From NCBI GenBank assembly GCA_024695415.1, contig JAILIE010000142.1, positions 4,847 to 68,846 on the forward strand: a stretch of DNA of 64,000 bases. The letters are read 5' to 3'. Made by a program: the position numbers and the translations under genes. Shown one piece after another: positions 8,736 to 18,162 of this stretch. This DNA is from Clostridiales bacterium (GTDB lineage: Bacteria > Bacillota > Clostridia > Christensenellales > Aristaeellaceae). The notes under the pieces were generated by a model, which had not been told where the DNA came from, made no database searches, and saw only the letters and a list, made by a program, of their open reading frames with translations. Position 1 is the first letter of the stretch; each line of letters starts with the position of its first letter.

Positions 8736-10349
8736 TTATTCCGCTTCTTTGCGCTGCCGGGCGCGCCCGCGAAGGAGAAGGAAGAGGAGAACCAGGCAGG
8801 CAACGCCGAGGATAATGGCGGGCAGCTGGTTCAGCAGCATGTCCATAAAGGACGTGGTGACCGTTTCGGAGGCGTAGTAATTCAGGGAGGCGTTAACGGA
8901 AGATTCCGGCACATGGCCGATGATCTTGGACAGGATGGAGTAGAGTTCCGGATTGCCTTCCTTCACGGCGAGGCAGTAATCCATGTCGACGCCGGTATAG
9001 ACGGTGGTCAGGTTCAGCCGGCGGCATTGCGCGGCAATGTTGCTGTAGCGGTAATTGCTGATGATGATGCAGTCGGCGTTCTTCGCGGCCACTTCTTTAA
9101 GGCATGTCGGCGTATCGGCAAAGAAGACCGGCGTCCAGGAAGGATAGTTATCCATCAGGAACATTTCATAGTTCGGATTGCCGCGGTTAACCCCGACGCG
9201 AACCGTACTCCGGCGAAGGAAGTCCTTCTGGTCCTCCGCACGGACGACGGCGTCCATCTCCGTGCGCATGAGCGGAGTTGTCATGACGACGCCTTCCTGT
9301 TCCGCGTCATAGTCGGTGAGGTTGGCGGGGAACATGCAGTCGACCTCACCGTTTTTCAGCGCCTCAATGGCGGCGGCAGCGGTCGGATAGACGTATGCCT
9401 CGAATTCGACCGCCGCGTTGTCCAGCACGCCGGAGGCGATGGCCAGGTAATCCTTCAGGGCGCCGGTGAGTTCACCGTTTGCGTCCGCCGCGCAGAAGGC
9501 GAGGTAGTTGTCCTGGAAACCGACGCGGATCTTTCCGTGGCTTTCCAGCCAGTCTTTCTCGTCCGTGGTGAGGTAAAAGTTGGTGCCGTAATTCCGAAGG
9601 TATTTGTTCGAGAGCTGTTCGGTATAATTCTTGTTTTCGTCCTGAATCCGGTTCAGCGCGGTGTCCAGCTCCGCCAGGAGGTCCGTACGGTCTTTGGCGA
9701 CAACGAAGAAGAAATCGGAGGAACCGATCTTCCACAGGGGCATATAGGATTCGACATCCCCGTAGGTATCCAGGGTGACAAATGCATCCAGATCACCGCG
9801 CCGGAGCATGGCGAGGGAGTCGAGCTCAGAGCAGCTCAGCTCAATCACGTCCGCGGACACGCCGAAGGTATCCATCCAATCCGCAAAGAGTCCGCACTGG
9901 TAGCTGCCCTGGGTGATGCCGACCTTTTTGCCGTTCAGGGTGGAGTAGTCGTTGGGCAGGATGTCCTTATTGTCCGTGGAGATGTAAAGGTAGTAAAGCT
10001 CGGAACCCATGGGGATATTCGAATAGAGCATGTATTCCGTCCGCTCCTCGACATAGGAGACGTCAGACATCAGATCGATGCGGCCGTCCTTCAGCATCTG
10101 GAGAAGCTCTGCCCAGGAGCCTTCCACATACTCGTATTTCCAGCCGGTATAGGCCGCGATTTTCCGCTGGAAATCATAGGCGTATCCGGAGCGGCGGCCA
10201 TAGGCATCCTTATGGTTGAAAGGTGTTTCATACCAGCCGACACGAACGATGGTTTCAGCCTTTTCTTCCGCGGGAGCCGCGGCGGGGAAAAGGCAGAGGA
10301 CAGCCAGGACGGTAATCAGAAGATATGACGCGAAGCGCCGGAAGGCCAT
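8736..10349 (-). CDS. Membrane-anchored tandem SBP_bac_3-like sensor protein with no cytoplasmic output domain
   Basis: GAGG RBS, start MAFRRFASYLLITVLAVLCLFPAAAPA. Co-linear with the extracellular part of 3998..6898 and ends about 10 aa after the TM. The upstream 430 aa in the ORF track is antisense shadow of glgA. Confidence 0.85.
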   Translation of the reverse strand: MAFRRFASYLLITVLAVLCLFPAAAPAEEKAETIVRVGWYETPFNHKDAYGRRSGYAYDFQRKIAAYTGWKYEYVEGSWAELLQMLKDGRIDLMSDVSYVEERTEYMLYSNIPMGSELYYLYISTDNKDILPNDYSTLNGKKVGITQGSYQCGLFADWMDTFGVSADVIELSCSELDSLAMLRRGDLDAFVTLDTYGDVESYMPLWKIGSSDFFFVVAKDRTDLLAELDTALNRIQDENKNYTEQLSNKYLRNYGTNFYLTTDEKDWLESHGKIRVGFQDNYLAFCAADANGELTGALKDYLAIASGVLDNAAVEFEAYVYPTAAAAIEALKNGEVDCMFPANLTDYDAEQEGVVMTTPLMRTEMDAVVRAEDQKDFLRRSTVRVGVNRGNPNYEMFLMDNYPSWTPVFFADTPTCLKEVAAKNADCIIISNYRYSNIAAQCRRLNLTTVYTGVDMDYCLAVKEGNPELYSILSKIIGHVPESSVNASLNYYASETVTTSFMDMLLNQLPAIILGVACLVLLFLLLRGRARQRKEAE

Positions 10350-10499
10350 GGCGATTACCTCGTTTTCATTCTTTATTGCGTATATCATAGCATAAAAAGA
10401 AGAAAGAGTGAAGGGAAAGAAATGATTGAAAAAAAGGAAGGGATGTGGTATCTTTTGGTCACAGGGAAAAACCAATATATGCCACAGGAGGATCAGGAT

Positions 10500-11993
10500 A
10501 TGTCTGACAATGTATCTAATCAGGATTCCCGCCGCCGCGTCGCGTTTGTCGGCTCGGAATGCTATCCTTTTGTCAAAACCGGCGGCCTCGGCGACGTGAT
10601 GTACGCCCTTCCCCGGGCACTGATCCGGGAGAACTGCGACGTGCGGGTCATCCTGCCGCTGTACCGCTGTATCCCCGAAAAATTCCGGAACAAGCTGGTC
10701 TACCGCGGATCCTTCATGATGGACCAGACGATGGAAGGGCGGACCTTCTTCGTCGGGATCATGGAAACCGTGATGGACGGCGTGATCTATGACTTCATTG
10801 ACAACCGGGAATTCTTCGACTGGGGGAATCCCTATACCGGGCTGTGGGAAGATATTCCGAAATACTGCTTCTTCAGCAAGGCGTCGCTGGCGATCCTGAA
10901 CTACCTGGAGTGGGTTCCGGACGTCATCCACTGCCACGACTGGCAGGCGTCGCTGGTGCCGCTGTACCTGCGCACACGCTTCAACGATACGCCGGTGGGC
11001 AGGGCCCGGGTCGTGCTGACGATTCATAACCTCCGGTTCCAGGGTATCTGCGGCATCCAGCACCTGAAATACTGGTCCGGGCTGCCGGACGGCCTGTTCG
11101 ACTATCCGATCCTGAAGCAGAATGAGGACGAAGCGAACATGTTCAAGGGCGGCCTGGCGTTCGCCGATAAGATTACGACCGTGAGCCGGACGTACGCCGA
11201 GGAGATCCAGACGCCGGCGTACGGGGAACACCTGGAAGGGCACCTGAGCTACCACAGCCCGAAACTGTGCGGCATCGTGAACGGTATCGACGTGGAACAG
11301 TGGGACAGCGCGAAGGATCCGCTGCTGGCCGCGGACTACGATGCCGGGAACTTCCGCGAACTGAAAAAGGAAAACAAGAAGGCGCTGCAGGAGAAGCTGG
11401 GGCTGGAGCCGGACGAGAACAAGATCGTAATCGGCCTGATCAGCCGGCTGACGGACCAGAAAGGCCTGGATCTGGTGAACGCGATCATTCCGCGGATGCT
11501 GGACGGAAATACGCAGATCGTGGTGCTGGGCACCGGCGATCCGCGGTACGAGAACGCTTTCCGGTATTACGAGGAAGAGAACAAGGGCACGTTCTGCGCG
11601 TACATTTCCTACAACGAGACGCTGGCGCACCTGATTTACGCCGGCGCGGACGCGCTGCTGGTGCCGAGCATGTTTGAGCCCTGCGGCCTGACCCAGCTGA
11701 TCGCCATGCGGTACGGAACGATTCCGATCGTGCGGGAGACGGGCGGCCTGAAGGACACCGTGCTGCCGTATGACGCGGAGCGGAACGAAGGGAACGGATT
11801 CACGTTCGGGCCTTACAACGCGGACCTGCTGCTGGAGGCCGTCAACGCCGCCAAGACGCTGTACTTCACTGAGCGGTGGAGATGGGACGAGATGGTGGCG
11901 CGGGATATGGAAAAGGACGTGTCGTGGGAAGCCTCGGCGAGGGCGTATCTCGCGCTGTATGACGAGATTATCGCGTGGGATAAGGAAGAGTAA
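10500..11993 (+). CDS. glgA: Glycogen synthase (GT5)
   Basis: PFVKTGGLGDV, IHCHDWQ, TIHNLRFQG, ISRLTDQKG, PSMFEPCGLTQLIAMRYG. AGGAGG RBS before ATG 10500. Confidence 0.95.
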   Translation: MSDNVSNQDSRRRVAFVGSECYPFVKTGGLGDVMYALPRALIRENCDVRVILPLYRCIPEKFRNKLVYRGSFMMDQTMEGRTFFVGIMETVMDGVIYDFIDNREFFDWGNPYTGLWEDIPKYCFFSKASLAILNYLEWVPDVIHCHDWQASLVPLYLRTRFNDTPVGRARVVLTIHNLRFQGICGIQHLKYWSGLPDGLFDYPILKQNEDEANMFKGGLAFADKITTVSRTYAEEIQTPAYGEHLEGHLSYHSPKLCGIVNGIDVEQWDSAKDPLLAADYDAGNFRELKKENKKALQEKLGLEPDENKIVIGLISRLTDQKGLDLVNAIIPRMLDGNTQIVVLGTGDPRYENAFRYYEEENKGTFCAYISYNETLAHLIYAGADALLVPSMFEPCGLTQLIAMRYGTIPIVRETGGLKDTVLPYDAERNEGNGFTFGPYNADLLLEAVNAAKTLYFTERWRWDEMVARDMEKDVSWEASARAYLALYDEIIAWDKEE

Positions 11994-12006
11994 AAAAATA
12001 CGAACA

Positions 12007-12048
12007 AAAAACGGGAGGCAGTTTGTCAGGCTGCTTCCCGTTTTATTT
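12007..12048. terminator. Bidirectional intrinsic terminator between glgA and the Rrf2 gene
   Basis: AAAACGGGAGGCAG ... CTGCTTCCCGTTTT inverted repeat. Confidence 0.75.
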
Positions 12049-12055
12049 GCCGGGA

Positions 12056-12451
12056 TTACAGGAGGTCGGAGAGCTTTTTCTGGTAGAGGAAATCGTGGAC
12101 GAGCACGTCCAGTTCCTGCCAGAGGGGAAGGGTGACGCAGGAGGCGTACCGCGGACAGGGGTCGGAATCCGACCGGAGGCAGGCCACCGGGGCCAGGGAA
12201 CCTTCCATCAGCTCGACGATTTCGCCGACGGTGTATTCCTCCGGCCTGCGGCGGAGAACATAGCCGCCGCCCTTTCCGCTGGAACCCTTGACCAGCCGGC
12301 CTTCGACCAGGTCATGCATGATGATTTCCAGGTATTTCTTGGAAACCTCCTGGCGTTCGGCAATATCCTTGAGCGGGACGGGCCTGCCGGCGTCCTGTTT
12401 CGCGATATCGATCATAACCCGAAGCGCATAGCGGCCTTTGGTGGAAATCAT
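12056..12451 (-). CDS. Rrf2-family transcriptional regulator (IscR/CymR-like, three Cys)
   Basis: MISTKGRYALRVM, LKDIAERQEVSKKYLE, GKGGGYVL, C-x7-C-x5-C. Confidence 0.9.
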   Translation of the reverse strand: MISTKGRYALRVMIDIAKQDAGRPVPLKDIAERQEVSKKYLEIIMHDLVEGRLVKGSSGKGGGYVLRRRPEEYTVGEIVELMEGSLAPVACLRSDSDPCPRYASCVTLPLWQELDVLVHDFLYQKKLSDLL

Positions 12452-12481
12452 CGGAACAACCTCCCCGACAGATGATTACCT

Positions 12482-12510
12482 ATTTTACCGCGGGGTGAAT
12501 GGGGTGTCAA
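12482..12510 (-). promoter_or_regulatory. Sigma-A-like promoter of the Rrf2 gene
   Basis: Minus strand TTGACA-17 bp-TAAAAT. Confidence 0.7.
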
Positions 12511-12516
12511 GTCCAA

Positions 12517-14046
12517 TCAGGTCTCGATGGATTTAATCCGGTCGACGATGCGGTCGGAAATGAACTGGCAGAAGGGAGAGAGCGGCGCGGGGTCCGGGAC
12601 GGCGCCCTGTCCGGTAAAGACCATGGTGCAGGGAGCCTGGTCGGACCAGGGAGCCCAGGCGGGAAGGCTTTCCCCGTTGCGGTCCTGTCCGTTCGGATCT
12701 CCGGAACGGATGAAGTTGCAGAAGTAGTCGCACATCTGGCGGGCCAGGTCATAATGGCGGCCGGTGAAGGGACGCCAGCACTTGCCCAGCGACTCAAAGA
12801 AGAACCACAGGTCCGAGGAGTGGAAAGTGCCGGGATTGTCCCAGCCGGGGATATCCGGATCAAAGACGTAACGATAGCCTTTCCGGCCGGAGGCAGCGAC
12901 CTGGGAAAGAACGCCGCGGACCGAACAGCCGATTCCGCTGACCGGGGCAAATCCCTGGCCGGGAACGGATCCGCGGGATTCGGGGAAGGCCAGGAATTCC
13001 GGCGCTTTATCACCGAAAAGGCGGGACGCTTCCGCGGCGAGGGCTTCCTCCGAATCCGCGGCGACCGTGTTCAGGAATTCGGAAGCGGTGTTGCCGGCCA
13101 TCATCGTGACGTCCACGCAGTCACCCTTCACATACAGGGCGATCGGATCGCCGGAGCAGATGATATCGTCCCGGACGGTGAAGAAGGGGACGTGGGATTC
13201 CATGTACTTTTCATAGGAACGCTGGAGCGTGACGGCGTCGACCGCGCGGGCTTCCCCGAGGGTTTTGACGCCGAGCCAGGAGAAGAAATCCTCTCCCCGG
13301 CGCTCCGCGTCAGCCAGCTTCTCGGGCCGGCCGACTTCCCGGCGGAGATAGGGGTCAAAAATCATGGCGCTCATGACGACGGCTTTGGAAAAGAGGCCGG
13401 CGTTGGCCTTACAGGCAAGCTGCGTCATGACGCTGCCGCCGCCGGCGGACTGGCCGGCGATCGTGACATTGGCGGGATCACCGCCGAAGGCGGCGATGTT
13501 GCGCTGCACCCAGCGGAGGCCGAACTGCTGGTCCAGGTTTCCGAAGTTGGCCGGAGCGTCCGGCTGACCGGCGGTGATCTGCGGATGGGCCAGGAAACCG
13601 AGGACGCCGACGCGGTAATTGACTGTTACCACGACGATGCCGCGGCGGGCGATGCGCTCGCCGTCAAACTCCATCTCGGCGGTATAGCCGCACTGGAGGC
13701 CGCCGCCGAAGAACCAGACGAGGACGGGGAGCTTCTCGTCCGTGGATTTGGCGGGTGTCCAGACGTTGAGGTAAAGGCAGTCCTCGCTCATGGGGATGTC
13801 GGGATCGACATGCCATTCCCGGCAGTAAATATCGTCGCCGAGGCCGGGAATCCACTGCATGGAGATCGGGCCGAAGCGGACGGCGTCGAGGGTGCCTTCC
13901 CAGTCGGGACAGGACTGCGGCGCGCGCCAGCGGTTGACGCCGACCGGCGGGGCGGCGAAGGGGATGCCTTTGAAGGATGTGACGCGGGGGTCCGCGGCCG
14001 GGAGGCCGCGGACAAGGCCATTTTCGGTCTGAACGAGTCGAAGCAT
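12517..14046 (-). CDS. Type-B carboxylesterase (pNB esterase-like), cytoplasmic
   Basis: FKGIPFAAPP, SEDCLYLNVW, NYRVG, FGGDPANVTIAGQSAGG, FHSSDL. No signal peptide. Confidence 0.9.
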   Translation of the reverse strand: MLRLVQTENGLVRGLPAADPRVTSFKGIPFAAPPVGVNRWRAPQSCPDWEGTLDAVRFGPISMQWIPGLGDDIYCREWHVDPDIPMSEDCLYLNVWTPAKSTDEKLPVLVWFFGGGLQCGYTAEMEFDGERIARRGIVVVTVNYRVGVLGFLAHPQITAGQPDAPANFGNLDQQFGLRWVQRNIAAFGGDPANVTIAGQSAGGGSVMTQLACKANAGLFSKAVVMSAMIFDPYLRREVGRPEKLADAERRGEDFFSWLGVKTLGEARAVDAVTLQRSYEKYMESHVPFFTVRDDIICSGDPIALYVKGDCVDVTMMAGNTASEFLNTVAADSEEALAAEASRLFGDKAPEFLAFPESRGSVPGQGFAPVSGIGCSVRGVLSQVAASGRKGYRYVFDPDIPGWDNPGTFHSSDLWFFFESLGKCWRPFTGRHYDLARQMCDYFCNFIRSGDPNGQDRNGESLPAWAPWSDQAPCTMVFTGQGAVPDPAPLSPFCQFISDRIVDRIKSIET

Positions 14047-14402
14047 AGTGTTTCCTCCTTGACAGGGTGGAGAGTAAAGAGTGCAGGGCGTTCGAATGAC
14101 TAAGAAAATAGTACGGACAAATTATAACATAAAGGAGAAGTGACTGGACATAGACAGAATGGGAATTTTGTCGGATTTGGGAAAGATTTTTCCGGGGTTT
14201 TTGGAAAACTGTCCGATTTGAAACGAAAGGCATCCGTTTTGTCCATAAAATGTACGGACGTTTCAGGAACGTTGATTTTCCTTGCCCGGAGGGGTTTTAT
14301 GGCTTGTTTTTGAACGGGATCAGGGCTTTCTGGGCGGGTTGACGAAAGCCGTTTGGAAGGTGTAAATTTGTTATATAAAATCCATATTCGGAGGATGCGC
14401 AA
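14047..14402. promoter_or_regulatory. Divergent AT-rich control region (esterase / uxaB operon)
   Basis: TTGACG-18 bp-TAAATT at 14339-14368 and several TTTGTC(C/G) motifs. Confidence 0.55.
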
Positions 14403-15893
14403 ATGGCTCAGCTGAATTATCAGGTTCTGAAAGAAGTCGGATATGAGGGATACATCCTGAAAGACGCGCCGGAAAAGGTGATGCAGTTCGGTGAGGGCAA
14501 TTTCCTGCGCGCGTTTGTGGACGCTTTCCTGGACCAGGCGAACGAGAAGGCCGGATTCAACGGGAAGGCCGCGCTGGTGCAGCCGATCGCCCAGGGACTG
14601 ACAGAGCTGATCAACAGGCAGGAAGGGTTGTACACCCTGTACCTGCGCGGCAGCGAGAAGGGCGAAAAGGTGGACCGGAAGCGGGTTATCAGCGCCGTGA
14701 GCCGCTGCATCAATCCCTACGGGGAATGGGACAAGGTGCTGGAGCTGGCGAAGAGCCCGGACCTGGAGATCATCGTTTCCAACACGACGGAAGCCGGTAT
14801 CGTACACGACACGGAAAGCGGGTTCGACCAGGCGCCGCCGATCACCTTCCCGGCAAAGCTGACCCGGGTGCTGTACGAGCGGTTCGTGGCAGGCCAGAAA
14901 GGCGTGGTCGTGCTCAGCTGTGAACTGATCGACAACAACGGGAAAGAACTGCTGAAGTGCGTGAACCAGTACATCGACGACTGGCAGCTGAGCGATATGT
15001 TCCGGGCATGGGTGAACGAGGAAAACATCTTCTGCTCCACGCTGGTGGACCGGATCGTTCCCGGCCGGATCCGCGATCCCAAAGAGGTCGAGGCGCTGAA
15101 CGCGAAGAACGGATACGAGGATCCGCTGACGGACGTGGGCGAGGTGTTCGGCATCTGGGTCATCGAGGGACCGAAGGAGCTGGAGGACCGGCTGCCCTTC
15201 AAAAAGGCCGGCGCGCCGGTGATCGTGGTGCCGGACGTGACGCCCTACAAAAAGCGAAAGGTGCGGATCCTGAACGGCGCGCACACCGGGTTTGTGCCCG
15301 GGGCGTACCTGGCGGGGTTCGACATCGTACGGGACTGTATGCATGACGATACGGTCCGTGGGTATATGAACAAAATGCTGTACGAGGAAGTGATTCCGAC
15401 CCTGCCGCTGGACCGGCAGGACCTGGAGGAGTTTGCCCGGGCGGTGCAGGACCGGTTCAACAACCCGTTCGTAAACCATGAGCTGATGAGCATCAGCCTG
15501 AACAGCACCAGCAAATGGCGCGCGCGGAACATGCCGACCTTCCTGGACTATGTTCAGGAGAAAGGCGAACTGCCGGTATGCCTGACGACGAGCTTCGCGG
15601 CTTATGTCGCCTTCTACAGCAACGACATTCAGGCACTGACAGAGCAGGGACTGATCTGCCGGCGGGCAAAGGGCAACGAGTATACGGTCAGCGACGACCG
15701 GTATGTGCTGGATTTCTACTATGTGCACCGGGAAGACAGCGAGGAGGACCTGATCCACGCGGTTATGACCAACACAGAGATGTGGGGACAGGACCTGACT
15801 AAGGTTCCCGGCTTTGAGGCAGCGGCGGTCCGGATCCTGAAGGTGATCCGGAGCGAAGGCGCGCTGAAGGCATTCCGGGACTGTATCGCGTGA
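14403..15893 (+). CDS. uxaB: Tagaturonate reductase (altronate oxidoreductase)
   Basis: QFGEGNFLRAF, SNTTEAGI, SCELIDNNG, TLVDRIVPG, KRKVRILNGAHT, RFNNPF. Confidence 0.95.
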   Translation: MAQLNYQVLKEVGYEGYILKDAPEKVMQFGEGNFLRAFVDAFLDQANEKAGFNGKAALVQPIAQGLTELINRQEGLYTLYLRGSEKGEKVDRKRVISAVSRCINPYGEWDKVLELAKSPDLEIIVSNTTEAGIVHDTESGFDQAPPITFPAKLTRVLYERFVAGQKGVVVLSCELIDNNGKELLKCVNQYIDDWQLSDMFRAWVNEENIFCSTLVDRIVPGRIRDPKEVEALNAKNGYEDPLTDVGEVFGIWVIEGPKELEDRLPFKKAGAPVIVVPDVTPYKKRKVRILNGAHTGFVPGAYLAGFDIVRDCMHDDTVRGYMNKMLYEEVIPTLPLDRQDLEEFARAVQDRFNNPFVNHELMSISLNSTSKWRARNMPTFLDYVQEKGELPVCLTTSFAAYVAFYSNDIQALTEQGLICRRAKGNEYTVSDDRYVLDFYYVHREDSEEDLIHAVMTNTEMWGQDLTKVPGFEAAAVRILKVIRSEGALKAFRDCIA

Positions 15894-15906
15894 CGGAGGC
15901 GACAGA

Positions 15907-17388
15907 ATGAACGAAATGGTTCGCATTACGGACCGGGACATGGTGGCGGTGGCCCTGAGACCCCTGAAGGCCGGGGAAACCGTGGACTTCGGCGGCGGGG
16001 AACTGCGGCTGAAGGACGATATTCCCATGGGCCACAAAGCGGCGCTGCGGGATGTCCGGCAGGGCGAGACCGTGATCAAGTACGGCTATCCGATCGGAGA
16101 GGCGACAGCGGATATTCCGGCAGGCGGCCACGTGCATACGCATAACCTGAAGACGCTGCTGAGCGGGGAAAAGGAATATGAGTGGCACCCGGCGGCACCG
16201 GCCGCGAAAACGGAGATACCCGCCACCTTTATGGGCTACCCGCGGAAGAACGGGAAACCGGGCATCCGGAACGAGCTGTGGATCCTGCCGACGGTCGGCT
16301 GCGTGAACGACATCGCCAAGGCGCTGGAAAGGCAGGCGCAGGAGTTTACCGGCGGAGCGATCGACGGCGTCTTTGCCTTTCCGCATCCTTACGGGTGCAG
16401 CCAGCTCGGGGATGACCAGGAAAACACCCGGAAGGCCCTGGCCGCCCTGGCCACCCACCCGAACGCCGGCGGCGTGCTGGTGCTTGGACTCGGCTGCGAA
16501 AACAGCGGGATTGGGCAGATCCGTCCTTACATGGGGGATTATGACGAGAGCCGGGTGCGGTTCCTGGTTTGCCAGGAATCAGAAAACGAGCTGGAGGACG
16601 GCATCACGCTGCTCTGGGAGCTCGCGAACCGGATGAGGCAGGACGAACGCGTGCCGTGCGGCTCGGACCAGCTGACGGTGGGCCTCAAGTGCGGCGGATC
16701 GGATGGACTGAGCGGGATCACGGCGAATCCGACGATCGGGGTATTCAGCGACCGGCTGACCTCGATGGGCGGCACGACGATCCTGACCGAAGTGCCGGAA
16801 ATGTTCGGCGCGGAAACGATCCTGATGAACCGCTGCGCAACAGAGGAAAACTTCCGGAAAACCGTGAAGCTGATCAACGACTTCAAGGCCTACTTTGAAA
16901 AGAGCGGAATGCCGGTATACGAGAACCCGTCACCGGGGAACAAGGCCGGCGGAATCACCACCCTGGAGGACAAGGCGCTGGGATGTACCCAGAAGAGCGG
17001 AAGCTCCGCGGTGAAGGGCGTACTGGCCTACGGGGAACGCGCCGGGGCGGCGGGGCTCAACCTGCTGAGCGCGCCGGGCAACGACCTGGTGGCGTCGACC
17101 GCGCTGGCGATCTCCGGCGCGCAGATCGTACTGTTCTCGACCGGACGCGGAACGCCGTTCTCGTGCCCGGTGCCGACGATCAAGATCGCGTCGAACACGC
17201 CGCTGGCGGAGAAAAAGAGGAACTGGATCGATTTCGACGCCGGAAGGCTGCTGGCGGGAAAGAAGCTGGATGATCTGGGCGGGGAACTGCTGGAGCTGGT
17301 CCTGGAGACGGCCTCCGGAAAGAAGACCCGGAGCGAGATCAACGGATTCCACGATATGGCGATATTCAAGCAAGGGGTTACGTTATAA
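15907..17388 (+). CDS. uxaA: Altronate dehydratase
   Basis: SAF domain (IPMGHKAA, KYGYPIG, HVHTHN), HPYGCSQLGDD, GLKCGGSDG, NPSPGNKAGG, STGRGTP. Confidence 0.95.
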   Translation: MNEMVRITDRDMVAVALRPLKAGETVDFGGGELRLKDDIPMGHKAALRDVRQGETVIKYGYPIGEATADIPAGGHVHTHNLKTLLSGEKEYEWHPAAPAAKTEIPATFMGYPRKNGKPGIRNELWILPTVGCVNDIAKALERQAQEFTGGAIDGVFAFPHPYGCSQLGDDQENTRKALAALATHPNAGGVLVLGLGCENSGIGQIRPYMGDYDESRVRFLVCQESENELEDGITLLWELANRMRQDERVPCGSDQLTVGLKCGGSDGLSGITANPTIGVFSDRLTSMGGTTILTEVPEMFGAETILMNRCATEENFRKTVKLINDFKAYFEKSGMPVYENPSPGNKAGGITTLEDKALGCTQKSGSSAVKGVLAYGERAGAAGLNLLSAPGNDLVASTALAISGAQIVLFSTGRGTPFSCPVPTIKIASNTPLAEKKRNWIDFDAGRLLAGKKLDDLGGELLELVLETASGKKTRSEINGFHDMAIFKQGVTL

Positions 17389-17402
17389 AGAGTGGAGTTA
17401 TG

Positions 17403-17433
17403 ATATCTCCCGACTGCGCTCGGGATGACACCG
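17403..17433. repeat. REP-like palindromic half element (..GGATGACACCG)
   Basis: ATATCTCCCGACTGCGCTCGGGATGACACCG. Related copy at 23264-23293. Confidence 0.55.
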
Positions 17434-17518
17434 AAGAGGGCAGCGGAATCAGCTGCTGTGCCGGTGAGATACGGAAGGGTTTCAGAACAGACGAGAACGA
17501 AACGGGAGGAACGAAGTC

Positions 17519-18157
17519 ATGACGGAAATGATGCAGAAACTGAAAAAGATCGGAATTGTGCCGGTGGTGGTGCTGGACAGCGCGGAGGACGCGCTGCCCC
17601 TGGCGGAGCGCCTGATGAAGGGCGGGCTGCCCTGCGCGGAGGTGACCTTCCGGACAGCGGCGGCTGAGGAGTCCATCCGGCGGATGGCGAAGGCCTTCCC
17701 GGAAATGATTATCGGCGCGGGAACCGTTCTGACGACGGAGCAGGCGGACCGGGCGATCGACGCCGGCGCGACATTCATCGTCAGCCCCGGATTCAATCCG
17801 AAGGTCACGGAATACGTGCTGAAAAAGGGCGTGCCGATGACGCCCGGCGTATGCACGCCGACTGAGATCGAGGCGGCGCTGCAGTTTGACCTGGACGTGC
17901 TGAAGTTCTTCCCGGCGGAACCGGCGGGCGGACTGAAGATGATCAAGGCGCTGGCCGCGCCGTATGTGGGCGTGAATTTCATGCCGACGGGCGGCATCAG
18001 CGCGGCGAACGTGCGGGATTACCTGGCGTATGACCGGATCGTTGCCTGCGGCGGCAGCTGGATGGTCAGCGGCAAGCTGGTGAAGGAAGGCAGGTTCGAC
18101 GAAATCGAATCGCTGGTCAGGGAAGCCGCGGACATTGTGAAAGAGATCAGGGGGTAA
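17519..18157 (+). CDS. eda: KDPG/KHG aldolase
   Basis: AEVTFRT, IGAGTVL, FIVSPG, LKFFPA, FMPTGGI, GGSW. Confidence 0.95.
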   Translation: MTEMMQKLKKIGIVPVVVLDSAEDALPLAERLMKGGLPCAEVTFRTAAAEESIRRMAKAFPEMIIGAGTVLTTEQADRAIDAGATFIVSPGFNPKVTEYVLKKGVPMTPGVCTPTEIEAALQFDLDVLKFFPAEPAGGLKMIKALAAPYVGVNFMPTGGISAANVRDYLAYDRIVACGGSWMVSGKLVKEGRFDEIESLVREAADIVKEIRG

Positions 18158-18162
18158 GGAAA

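Noticed and set aside
10350-11630. N-terminal 430-aa extension of the 964-aa minus-strand ORF
   Set aside because: Overlaps glgA antisense. The real start with RBS and signal peptide is at 10349.
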